Assembly (NCBI RefSeq): GCF_964188315.1
Contig: NC_135656.1
Span: 74,276,001 to 74,340,000 of the forward strand
Origin: Podarcis muralis
Lineage: Eukaryota
Reading direction: 5' to 3'
DNA: 64,000 nt
A program made the translations under genes and the position numbers. The notes beneath the pieces are model-generated. The model saw only the letters and a list, made by a program, of their open reading frames with translations. It was not told the DNA's origin and made no database searches. Below, one piece after another: positions 11,533 through 23,289 of the stretch; within the stretch, counting starts at the first letter, position 1; each line of letters starts with the position of its first letter.

Positions 11533-13695
11533 TATCTATATCTATCTAGCATCATAGTTCAGATAAACGAAACTTTCAGTTACCACCATAGCCTCCTACA
11601 GATGAAAAATATTTCATGTTTTGACCATGCCATTGGCAGGAATTTCTCTTTTTTGTTTGATTCCAGTCAAAACTTAATAAAATAGGGCCAGAAGTCCTAT
11701 GATGCAACACAGTTTACTCAGTTTACCACTACTTATGCATAAACACGTTTAAAAACAAAACTAATAAGTTTAAAAATATAAAAACGTCTAAACACATTGA
11801 GATCAGGGAGAACAGAGAGAAATGGATATCATTCCCAATAAACATGGCATGTAACTATTCCAGCTGCTAGATGTGTTTCAACCTTGCAGTCTTCTTCAGC
11901 TAGTTAGGTTGACTAGCAGGTTCCCTGCCCCATTCATTTAGGGGACCTTGCTAAGTGGTGAACAGGCAGACTAACCTGCTGTTGCACATGGCTGTTTTGA
12001 AAGGGCCCTGCTTCCCCTTATTTGCCAAAAGCTGCCTTTGTGAAGAACCTCCCCCCACAGCTTTGGGTTGTTTTCCTTTCCCTGTTCTTCTGAAGATGAA
12101 AATCTGAAACAGATGCACAGAGAAGACGGATATTTTTTTTCCACCTCAGTATTACAGCCCAAAGCAAAGACAGTGTTTCTTAGCATACCTTGATTTAAAT
12201 TTGGGGGGTTTGCCATGCCGTGGCCAGAGAAAATTGTTCTGGAAGTGGTGAAGCCATCCCTAATTTATGGGGGCATGCAAGGAGTATATGTTGCAAAATG
12301 AAGGCCTACAGCTTTAATTGGATGCACGAGTTAAATGTATACACACATCCCTATCCCTATATCTGTTCCTGAATGCATGCACTCTGTAACTCCTTTACCA
12401 TGAGATGACTCCAAGGGAGGGACTGCGGCTAAGTGCGAGCAGGTGGGGGAGGAGAGGGTGGGAAAAGCTGAGGGAATAGGCATGGGGATGAAGGACATGT
12501 AAAGGGAGGAGAGGTTGGCCAGGAGTGGGAGAACAGGGATTGCTGGGTAGGCCGGGGTTGGTGAGTGGAGTGTCCAAGGATGGCAGGCAGCCCTGTGTCT
12601 TGTGTGTGCATTGCTGGAAAACTTCACCACAAAATTCAGACAAGCGCAAATTTCAAAGGATAGCTGCATTGTGATTTGCTTATTGTTTGGGGAACTGCAA
12701 ATTTCTCCCCCATCACTATAATGCACCCCATTATTGCCCCAACTCTCGACTCATCTACATTTCTGTTTGTTCCGCCACTTTCCTACAGAGAAACCTGCTC
12801 TTTACCATTGAATTGGTGTTTGCTCTGGTCCAGAAGTAAAAAGAGGGTTTTCTCAGGGAAAGGGAAATAGAAAACAGCTCAGACCCCCTGCTTTCTCCTC
12901 ATGGGACAAGCAGAATTTTGCTACCCCAACACCCTGTTTTTCTGTATAAAGCTTTTTTTAAGGGGATTTTTTCCAAACCTGCTGCTACCTCCCTCATGTG
13001 CATGGATGGTGCCATTTTGACCACATACAGATTCAAACTTGGGAGAATGGATTTGCTGTTAGTATATATGGAGTGGCGAAGACTCTTCTGTTTTGTTAGG
13101 TTTTGATGTCTTACGGGACTGTCAATAAAGGAGCAAAAGGGCATAATGAAGGAGATGGATTAGCTGTGTATGTCATGAGCTGAGTTAAAAGGCTTCTCAC
13201 GTTCACCCGCCACTCCTTTGACACGGAAGCTCTGAGAGGCAACTTGCCTGGCCAAAGCCACCTGACAGTTTCATGGGGGTGGAAGAAGTTAATGAAGCGA
13301 GATTAGGCACTGCGCAGGCTGCAGAGCTAACTTTCTGCTGAGTGGCTTATAAAAGAAAACGTGGATTCTAAACTTTCCTGTGGAACCTTATTATCATAGC
13401 ACAACATTAGCATTGATAAAAATAGCACAAATTAGTGCAGGAGCTGAAAGGCTGGCATAAAAACTCTGAATACATCCCCACCCCACACACTTTTTTTTCT
13501 GGAGAGGCTTAGCCTTTTGCACACATTAGCAAGAATGTGTTCATTCCAAGTTCTGACATTCCCACTTGCCTTGCCATATCAGAACCCTGCTATCCTCAAT
13601 AAGGGCTTGATCCTTAAGTGGGAATAAATCGGCCCACTTTATGTACAACAGAAAGATGAGCACTATGTATATAGTACAGCTCCTCACTATAGTAT

Positions 13696-14548
13696 TGTTG
13701 TGTTTTTGGAGGAGTCCACTGTTGAACAGGCCAGCCAAGTCCCTTTGTGAGAGAATGGCCTTTGTTGCCGTAGTGTAATGGTTCAAGGGGTTGCTCGTGC
13801 GTAAGCCGGTGCCCACACCTGGCTGGGTTGCCTGAGTGAACCTTTTCTGTCCGGACAGCCACTCTCCCGTGGCTGTCTCAATCGCTGGCAGAATCCGTCA
13901 GTGGGCGTTTCTTAAACTTCTTCCAGCAAAGAAGCTCTTTGACGCCTAGTCTCCTCCTACTCTCTCTACGCGAAAGCCTTCTGCGCAAGGAGGGCGTAGG
14001 CAGCGGAGGACCTCTACTCTCCCCGCTGGTCCCCGGCAAGGAGTCATGGGACCGCCTCGCCGCTTCCCCCATCTGCCCCCCTTCTCCACTGGTGCTACGC
14101 TGATTCTCTTCCCCAGAAGATGGGCTGCCTCTCCCACTCCCGGGATGCTCTCTGGAATCCCTCTGGATTTTGCTCTCTCCCTCCGGCACTGATGGCAGTT
14201 CCCTGGGGGCAAATGGGTGGACCCCCTCCCTCACCTGGCTGGTAGTGAGAAAGACAATAGCCAGAGTGGAGTGCATGGGAACCGGGGTTAGAAGAAGGCG
14301 GAAGCCAGAGATTGAGAGCCATGCTTGATTTCTGCTGGAATCCAAGCCTGTGGCAATGGCCTTATTGGGGTGTTAATGCCGTGAGCCCTTCCATCGTAGG
14401 CTCAGGTTGCATATATATGTAACTAAACCATGTATCATAACAACACCCCAGCCTCCAGTGCCTCTCCTTCTGAAGAAACTGAACCCTGGGTAAGAGCCTG
14501 GAACCACTGGGATCTTACACCGCTCAGAGATTGGGGTGGCACGCAACA
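13696..14548. mobile_element. LTR-like relic bounded by TGTTG...CAACA
   Basis: Inverted termini tgttgtgt / acgcaaca. The 3' end 'gattggggtggcacgcaaca' and the minus-strand GC-rich portion resemble lacertid solo-LTR sequences as I recall them. No clean TSD. Confidence 0.5.
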
Positions 14549-15704
14549 GCGTAAATAGTATGGAATCAGGTGGCACATGGAATGTGGGGTCCTGTTCCCA
14601 CAGTGGCAGTTGAGGGGTGGGGTCTTTCCAGCAGTTGAAGCAGGTCTGGCTTCAGCAGTGAGTGGCTTCACCATTCAGCCAGCTTTGGTCCCTTTAGGCT
14701 GCTTTGCTATCCTTGCTGCACCCAACCCGACATTATTGGCCACCTAGACTGAAGCAGACTAAAAAAAGACAAGGTGGTATCCAGGAAAGTTTTACTCAGC
14801 GTAGACCTGTTGAAATGTCAAATCAAAATGACTGTCTTAGGTCCCTTCTTTCCAATAGGTTGGACTACCAGCCCTAGTCTTGAGCAGGAGCGTGGAACCT
14901 GTGGAACGGAGGGGTGCTGTTGACCTCCAACTCCCACCAGCTCCCAGGCAGTATGGCGAAGGGTTGTGGGAATGGCAGTCCAATGAAACATGGAGGGCCA
15001 TAGGCTCCCTGTCTCTGGGGCTGAGCACACAGCTAGCTAGAGGACTTCAATGCAGCAGAACGCTTCTGCAGTCGAATATGGTGTAGGCACAAGCACCCAG
15101 TTCTACACCTTGTCTTGGGCATAGGGGAAGAGCTACAGTAATAGCCTCCTGGCAGGGCTGTTGCAGGTCTTTCCTGCAAAGGGTGCAGCAGCAGTGAGGT
15201 CCAGGTTGCAGAGGTGCCCCAGCAGTGGCACCAGATTAGCTGCGCCGGTGCAACCTCAACGTCACTGCCGATTCCTGGTAAGTCGTAGTGACGTCCCTTG
15301 CTAGGAAACTATTGCTACAGCTTCCCCCTATCAGGCAAGCTGCTCCTGTATGCAGGTCAGAGATGTTGTTGTCAAGGAGAAAATGAGAAAATGCTATGCA
15401 AGTGCTCACCTGGTGAAACCTCAGACTCTTTGCCCCCATCTGTGCTCACGTGGCTGCCACAAAATCACCACTCCTAGAGTTCTGCAGACCTAAACCCCAC
15501 CCTAAATCCATGGCTGAGGTTCATCACCATCATTTTCAAAATAAGTTTATTGTACTAGCCGAAGGCCAAGACAATTCAATCCAATCACAATCAGTTTAAA
15601 ATATAGCTCAGACACATATAAAGTGAGATACTTGAGAACAGGAATGCCTCCACATCTGCACCGAGTTTCAATTTAGTACTTTGCATCCCCCTTACAGTTT
15701 ATGG

Positions 15705-15840
15705 CAGGCATAGGCAAACTTGGCCCTCCAGGTGTTTTGGGACTATAACTCCCATCATCCCTAGCTAACAGGACCAGTGGTCAGGGATGATGAGAACTGT
15801 AGTCTCAAAACATCTGGAGGGCCAAGTTTGCCTATGCCTG
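15705..15840. mobile_element. 136-bp palindromic hAT (Charlie-like) MITE with perfect 8-bp TSD
   Basis: TIR CAGGCATAGGCAAAC / GTTTGCCTATGCCTG. TSD GTTTATGG at 15697-15704 and 15841-15848. Confidence 0.92.
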
Positions 15841-17439
15841 GTTTATGGCTTCTTCCTGATCTTTTTTGCCACCAGAACAAAAAAAGGGCCACCTTATGAG
15901 TCACCAATGCATTGTTGTCACTCAACAACCACTGAAGCATCTCCGTTGGGAGGAAGCCCACCATCCTGTACAAACAGGGGTTTCAGAAAGCACCTCCTCA
16001 GATATGCATATAGGGGACATCATCATCATCCTGGCCCCAAAACTGAAAGGCATGCATTACAGGTTGCCACAGAATTGCCTTAGGAAGCAGCCACCCTGTG
16101 CTGAACATGTCCTTGGCTATGACATGATAAGGTACGGAGGAGGCTCACGAATGATGGCTCCGGTACATGGCATGAATACTCATATCATAGCACCTGGGCT
16201 GGGATGATTCATCAAAGGCCGTTTCTGGTAGCATCTCCATGGCAACTCCTAAGATGTACTCCAGAGCAGGCCAAGGTGGCGTCCTTTCGTGTACCAAAGC
16301 CTCATCCCTCAGTCCCCTTGCTATTTTCACTGAAGAACTTGGCCACTCCTTCCTTAGCAGTGTGACAGGGAAGGAAAAGAGGCTTGGAGGTGTGTGTGAA
16401 GTATGATCTTCAGTCTAAGGGATCCAATTTCGCCCTGCCCCCTTCTCTTTTCTTGTCTTTCCTCTTCCATGAAGACTCTGAGACAGAAGTGGGGAGTGAC
16501 TGTGACATCAGAGGAGGAGGACTGGAAAGCTGACTTCCTCAAGGTCCAAAATGTCTCTGCAGAGGTATGTATGTCCATTTGCCATTTCAAACAGTCAGAC
16601 TACTTTCTAAGTCCCTGGGACCTCAAGGAGAGAAGAGTTTTCCTGTGATGAGCACCTTAACTGACTGTGATTGTTTTCATGCCCAGTTTTGCTCCTGCCT
16701 CACTTATTCTGTCCAGCAGAGGGCAGGGCAGTGATGCACGTATACAAAACTACTTTTGGAAGGTTTGTGTAGCAGAGAAACTGAGAAAAATGTATTCCAA
16801 ATGTTAAATCTCTCCAGGGTTTCAAATGAGGGTAAGTTCACATTTAATGACATTTCTGCCGTACTTCCCCCTCAATTGTTCTTAAATGTTTTGTTCCTAT
16901 GAAAGACCCAGCATGAGAAGTAAAAGTTTTCATCAAAGGAAAGCAAGTTTAAGTGAAAATATAGGGGGGAAAGTTAAATGACATTCTCTGAAAAATTACT
17001 GACTCATCCCAGTCAATATGCTGGTATCACACAAGCTACGAAGTATTGATTCCTGGGCATTTTACCTGCCAGTAAAGCTAGTATAGCAATGTAAAAAAGT
17101 CGTAGACTGCTGGTCTTGTTCTTTTCTGGGGTTAAACACTTAGAGCAACAATCATTTCCTCTGCCCTGGAGGGAAAGAAGCCACAGACTGAGGATGCTCT
17201 GTAAAACCTGCTTGTATTGAGAATGGATGAAGGAGAAAAACAGTAACTAAAGTTAAGACAAAGGTGTCAAAAAGCTTTGGTCCAGCTTGTTCAACACTAT
17301 CAAATCCAACAGAGATCAACTCTTCAGGCCACTGGTTTTCCCTGCCTGGGCTGGATTCCATCTTCCTCTGTAGCTTGTGAATTGCCAAAGAAATATACCA
17401 TATATGTCTCTCCCTTACAGATAATCAATGCCGATTTTG

Positions 17440-18008
17440 TTTTTTTTAAATAAAATTTTTATTAGGGTTTTTTACTTTGCAAAATAGAAAAAGAAAAAAT
17501 ACAAAATACAAAATAAAAATAGTTAAAAACAATCAATCTTTTCATCACATTATTTTTCATTTACTTGTTTCCCGGACCTCCTCATACCTCCCTTTTTTGT
17601 ATTCCAATTCAATTTGTTAGCTCAGCCGTTTCTTTCCCTCTTTATTCTACCCTGATCTTTAATCTTAAGTTATTATAACATTAAATTTTTACTTATAAAA
17701 AACCATTTTTTCATATTCTTTTATACCATTACAGCTAGAAACCACTTAATTTCAATCCAACATTAGTCTAGCATTCATTAATTTTACAATATCTCTGCAA
17801 ATAGTCTTTAAATTTCTTCCAGTCTTCTTCCACCGACTCCTCTCGAGGTCTCGGACTCTGCCAGTCATTTTCGCCAATTCCATGTAGTCCATCACCTTCA
17901 TCTGCCATTCTTCCAGAGTGGGTATGTCTTGTGTCTTCCAATACTTTGCAATGAGTATTCTTGCTGCTGTTGTAGCGTACATAAAGAAAGTTCTATCCTT
18001 CTTTAATC
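17440..18008 (-). mobile_element. 5'-truncated L1 (ORF2 C-terminus, 3'UTR and poly-A)
   Basis: ORF 17752..17982 (-) reads MYATTAARILIAKYWKTQDIPTLEEWQMK. Poly-T at 17440. Perfect 17-bp TSD aatcaatgccgattttg at 17423-17439 and 18009-18025. Confidence 0.9.
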
Positions 18009-18655
18009 AATCAATGCCGATTTTGGAAAAAAGTGTTTTTGTGGAACCCTGCCATACTTAGGATGTTGAATTCTATACCAAATTCTATGTGTGTGTTTTG
18101 ATTTTGACACTTGCTTTGAATTACTAAATACACACTGCTTCTTTCAAGAAGGATTGCAGTGCTCCCTTCCAGCATTTTGCAATATTTATGCATTTCCAGG
18201 GATATACAATCTCCTGCAAAGACCAGGAATGTTATCTGGGTGACGCGGAGATGGTTTGCCTTGTGCATACTAGTCTGACAGGTTTGTGCCTGAGCTCTGC
18301 ACAAGTAAGAGTGCTTCCAAGCAAACTTTTTTTTGTTAAAAAAAAGTATGTATCCAGGTGGAAGTGTCCCGTGCTCTTGGACTGCTGTTTATGTACTGAG
18401 TTCCAAATCTGGAAAGCCAACACCTGCGTTGGAGTGATATAATCACCACCCTGACCTGTATATTCGGGACACTGAGGGGGAAGGGGGTATATTTTATTTA
18501 GTTCAAGATTAGGAAACAGCAAATGAAAAAATGGCAAGCATCCAGCATCAGAAGCAACAGCAAATAGGGACAGTACCCTCCCCCCACCGACACACATTCA
18601 TATTTGCTCTCTGAATTCTTTGTTAGGTAGCAAGCCAACAAGTTTTAATCATGGC

Positions 18656-18919
18656 TAAAGGTAAAGGGACCCCTGATCATTAGGTCCAGTTGTGACCGAC
18701 TCTAGCTTTAGGGGCCGAGGGAGCCGGCGTACAGCTTCCAGGTCATGTGGCCAGCATGACTAAGCCGCTTCTGGCGAACCAGAGCAGCACACGGAAACGC
18801 CGTTTACCTTCCCGCCGGAGTGGTACCTATTTATCTACTTGCACTTTGAAGTGCTTTTGAACTGCCAGGTTGGCAGGAGAAGGGATCGAGCAACGGGAGC
18901 TCACCCCATCGCGGGGATT
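18656..18919 (-). mobile_element. Sauria SINE, 5'-truncated with an internal deletion
   Basis: Reverse complement matches 4438-4786. Tail taaaggtaaagg. About 30 bp of the core is missing. Confidence 0.88.
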
Positions 18920-19584
18920 AGGGAGACTGAATTGCTATAGGTTGTATTCAATGTCATGTGAGCAGAAGGCAAGCTTGCACAATGCATCTTTCTCTCCTTT
19001 CTCCTGTACGGGGAAATCACATAAACTTGGGAGGTTTGTGCAAAGTGGTACAATAATTTTATGCCCAGTTTGGGGCAATTACTCCTGCACCCGCTCACCT
19101 AATACAGTCCCATAAGACACAGTCCACAATGTTTGGTAGTCCACCTAACGCAGTGGAGTTGTTTTTGAGGGGGAGCAATGCAGGGGATGGGGGAAGGAAG
19201 GAGAAAATACTCTGAGTGAGCTGTCTTCCACTTCTGCAGTACTGGATGCAAATCTATGCCAAGTTTTGCCCAATGTGGCCTAACAAGCTGCATGTTTTTG
19301 CATCTCACCGTGTCTTTAGAAATTGCAAGTAGCAGCAGCAGTAGAAACACAAAGCCTGTCAATGCTTTTTATAGGACTAATTGGGGGTGGGGGCGGGGGG
19401 GGGGGAAACCTTCTGCTCCTCCATGGGTTGGATGATGTCAAGGAACGTCAAAATGTTTATTCAGTTCTCCCATATCTGTAGGAGTGTTGCTTGTTTATTT
19501 ACAAGGTGTTCCCTCCGCCTTCAACCATTTGACACTGAAATAAAGGAAGGAACAAACCTCACCTGTGTTTCCTTGCTCTGTGGC

Positions 19585-19864
19585 ACCAGAATAGGTAGAG
19601 AAAAAGTGAGTAAGAGGCAACATGATAGAAGTGTATGGAATTATTCATGGGCTAGAGAAAGTGGAAAGAGGAACATTTTCCTTCCTCACTCGTAATACTA
19701 GAAATCACGGATATCCAATGAAGTTGAATGCTGGGAGATTAAGGACAGGTAAGTAGTTCTTCACACAGTGCATAGTTAAACTATGGAACTCTCTACCACA
19801 GGAGGCAGTGATAACCACCAACTTAGATGTCTTTCAAAGAGATTCATGGAGGAGAGGGCTATGG
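19585..19864 (+). mobile_element. Old CR1 3' region, left part (continues at 21546-21735)
   Basis: Degenerate CR1 ORF2 C-terminal sequence (ttcttcacacagtgcatagttaaactatggaactc...gattcatggaggagagggctat). The 3'UTR resumes after the nested inserts. Confidence 0.7.
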
Positions 19865-19975
19865 ATAGCTCAGTCAGTAGAGCATGGGACTATTAATGGG
19901 TCGTGGGTTTGAACCCCGTTGGGCAAAAGATTCCTACATCGGAGGGTTGGATTAGGTGACCCTCATGGCTCCTTA
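19865..19975 (+). mobile_element. tRNA-derived SINE with CR1-like tail (Squam2-like), split; its tail remainder is at ~21523-21545
   Basis: tRNA-like head atagctcagtcagtagagc...gggtcgtgggtttgaacccc, followed by gggcaaaagattcct...gaccctc. The tail 'caactctgcaattcta' is found beyond the SINE inserts. Candidate TSD tatgg at 19860-19864 / 21546-21550. Confidence 0.65.
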
Positions 19976-21161
19976 GGTAAAGGTAAAAGGACCCCTGACC
20001 ATTAGGTTCAGTCGTGACCGACTCTGGGGTTGCGGTGCTCATCTCGCTTTGCTGGCCGAGGGAGCCGGTGTGCAGCTTCCGGGTCATGTGGCCAGCATGA
20101 CTAAGCCGCTTCTAGCGAACCAGAGCAGCACACGGAAACGCCATTTACCTTCCCGCCGGAGCAGTACCTATTTATAGAATCATAGAATCATAGAATCATA
20201 GAATCATAGAATCATAGAGTTGGAAGAGACCACAAGGGCCATCGAGTCCAACCCCCTGCCAAGCAGGAAACACCATCAGAGCACTCCTGACATATGGTTG
20301 TCAAGCCTCTGCTTAAAGACCTCCAAAGAAGGAGACTCCACCACACTCCTTGGCAGCAAATTCCACTGTCGAACAGCTCTTACTGTCAGGAAGTTCTTCC
20401 TAATGTTTAGGTGGAATCTTCTTTCTTGTAGTTTGGATCCATTGCTCCGTGTCCGCTTCTCTGGAGCAGCAGAAAACAACCTTTCTCCCTCCTCTATGTG
20501 ACATCCTTTTATATATTTGAACATGGCTATCATATCACCCCTTAACCTCCTCTTCTCCAGGCTAAACATGCCCAGCTCCCTTAGCCGTTCCTCATAAGGC
20601 ATCATTTCCAGGCCTTTGACCATTTTGGTTGCCCTCCTCTGGACACGTTCCAGTTTGTCAGTGTCCTTCTTGAACTGTGGTGCCCAGAACTGGACACAGT
20701 ACTCCAGGTGAGGTCTGACCAGAGCAGAATACAGTGGCACTATTACTTCCCTTGATCTAGATGCTATACTCCTATTGATGAGGCCCAGAATTGCATTGGC
20801 TTTTTTAGCTGCCGCATCACACTGTTGGCTCATGTCAAGTTTGTGGTCAACCAAGACTCCTAGATCCTTTTCACATGTACTGCTCTCAAGCCAGGTGTCA
20901 CCCATCTTGTATTTGTGCCTCTCATTTTTTTTGCCCAAGTGCAATACTTTACATTTCTCCCTGTTAAAATTCATCTTGTTTGTTTTGGCCCAGTTCTCTA
21001 ATCTAATTTATCTACTTGCACTTTGACGTGCTTTTGAACTGCTAGGTTGGCAGGAGCAGGGACTGAGCAACAGGAGCTCACCCCATCGTGGGGATTCGAA
21101 CCACCAACCTTCTGATCAGCAAGTCCTAGGCTCTGTGGTTTAACCCACAGCACCACCCGCG
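19976..21161 (-). mobile_element. Sauria SINE interrupted by a CR1 insertion
   Basis: The SINE 3' half (19976-20175) and 5' half (21006-21161) join seamlessly at the duplicated ATTTAT. Confidence 0.9.
20176..21005 (-). mobile_element. Young 5'-truncated CR1 LINE with an uninterrupted ORF2 C-terminus
   Basis: ORF 20276..20974 (-), 232 aa, contains [27 protein letters not shown] and [11 protein letters not shown]. (ATAGAATC)n tail at 20176-20217. TSD ATTTAT at 20170-20175 / 21006-21011. Confidence 0.95.
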
Positions 21162-21167
21162 TCCTTA

Positions 21168-21522
21168 GGTAAAGGTACCCCTGCCCATACGGGCCAGTCA
21201 TGTCCGACTCTGGGGTTGCGTACTCATCTCGCTTAAGAGGCTGGGAGCCAGCACTGTCCGAAGACACTTCTGGGTCACATGGCCAGCGTGACGAAGCTGC
21301 TCTGGCGAGCCAGCACCAGCGCAGCACACGGAAACGCCGTTACCTTCCCGCTATAAAGCGGTCCCTATTTATCTACTTGCACTTAAGGGTGCTTTTGAAC
21401 TGCTAGGTGGGCAGGAGATGGGACTGAACGACGGGAGCTCACCCCGCCGCGGGGATTCGAACCGCCGACCATGAGATCGGCAAGCCCTAGGCGCTGAGGT
21501 TTTACCCACAGCGCCACCTGCG
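21168..21522 (-). mobile_element. Second Sauria SINE (different subfamily), in tandem with the first
   Basis: Full head-to-tail SINE with subfamily-specific differences (gtccgaagacac, ctataaagcggtccc). The flanking TCCTTA motif occurs at 19970, 21162 and 21523. Confidence 0.9.
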
Positions 21523-23289
21523 TCCTTACAACTCTGCAATTCTATTATGGCTACAAGGCATGATGGCTATGTTCTGCCTCCACAGTTACTGAGACAGCAA
21601 TGTTTCTGGATGCCAGTTTTTGGAGAAAAAACAAGAGTGGGGAGTGCTCCTGTGCTCAGATCCTGCTTGCGGGTTTTCTATTGCACCTGACTGGCCACTG
21701 TGTGAACAGGATGCTGGAAAAGATAGGCCTTCTTTGAAGAGAAATTACTCATTTTGCTTTAGAGTGTTGATTTGCATAACAACCTATAAAAGTAAAAAGG
21801 CCTAAGGGCCATTTCACACCCCATTCAAACTCAGCCTTGCCAGCAAGTTGTTGGGTGTTTTTTTTACAAAACCGGCAGCTGCAGCCAACCCCAGCGTCTT
21901 GCGTGACTCATCTGCCTATTTTATGCACTTTAGTAAACACGCGTTTCTTGCATACCTAACATTTACAGGTGTGCACTAAAAACACCTTGATCACCAAAAG
22001 CTTCTGTGAGAGGAGGCCCCGAGTTGCCCATCGGGGCATGCCGAAGCCTGCACGCCTTGAATAGCATCAGCATGCAAGGAAGCAAAGGCAAAGGGCGGGG
22101 GAGCATCGCCTCGTTTTTCACAATGCCTTAAGAATCAACCGCACGATAATCCCAGGAAGGCTAACCGCTGGCCTTCTGCGCAAGCCCGCTCTAGTTTCGC
22201 TGCTCCATTCACTTCCTCCGGTCCCCCTTCCCGCGCTTAGCGACTTGATACACAAGATTCTAAAAGCCCCGCCTCCCTCCCCTGATAGGCCTCTGACATT
22301 CCAACACCGCCTACCTAAGCGGCTCATTGGCGCCCCGTTAAAAGGCGAAAGTCAAGAAGGAAATTATTATTATTATTTAAATAAAGCAGCAAGGCATGAG
22401 GAGCAGGTTGTCAATCAAGTACTCAGTATGAATGTAGAATCAGAATCCGGTCAATAACACTGAAAGCCGAGTCGTTCTATTCCCCCGCTTATATTTTATT
22501 TCCTTTTTATTACTATTTATTTTGTCTGAATAATGCGATCATTCTCCTTCCAGCATCCAGCTCTCTGGGGACAATTCTGGTCGTTTCCTGGGGCAAGCAT
22601 CGCCTGCCTTTCCCAGGTTTCAAGCCGTATATTATATTTAAGCCCTTGCACGCATCGTGGACTCATTATAACCTGACGTTGTGTAGAGGCGCACTGAAGC
22701 TCCCGACGGAACCCTACTATTGGTCCCACAGAGGCAATCATGATAATCTCTGGCGGAGTTGGCTCATGGTACTAGTCCTCAAATCACATGAAAAAGAAAC
22801 CTCACAGCAGCCCCAGTCTATTGATGTGGGGAGGCTGGTTGTTGTCATAAATCACTTGAAGCTGAAGCGGTGGCGTTGAAATGTCTCTAGGACTAGGGAC
22901 TGAATCCTTTTTTTCTTTCCCCTGCCCACAAGTATTATTATGATTCTCCCTTTCTGAGTGATAACAACTAGTCCATAAACACTGTTGCATTAAGGTAGGA
23001 ACACTTTACGTGGTTCAGCCACGATCCCTTCTTATTCCTCCTTTTAAAGCGAGGCTAGGGACTTTTCAGGGGCTTTGAACTATTCTAAACAAATGTAAGG
23101 AAAAAGAAAAGCATTCCCTTCTGGTGCAATCGATTGCAGGCGCTCCTTGGACCAGATGTGAGTGAGATCCTATGGGTCCGCCGTCCGCCCCCCATTCCAC
23201 AGCCCCCATTTATTCCCAGAGAAAAATTTCACGGAGCTCAACGGGGCTTCCTATTTCAGCATCATTTAAATAAACTTGGCACACACACA

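Noticed and set aside
19865-19925. tRNA gene (also 28320-28395 on the minus strand and the Sauria SINE heads)
   Set aside because: The cloverleafs are degenerate and are fused to LINE-derived tails, so these are SINE heads.
20176-20217. Short tandem arrays ((ATAGAATC)n, (ACTTT)n, the TGACATG cluster) as CRISPR-like repeats
   Set aside because: This is vertebrate DNA with no unique spacers or cas genes. They are LINE tails or micro/minisatellites.
1-23000. POC1A terminal exons upstream, or RPL29 downstream, expected from recalled human synteny
   Set aside because: No matching peptide was found by eye or in the ORF track. These genes probably lie outside the window.
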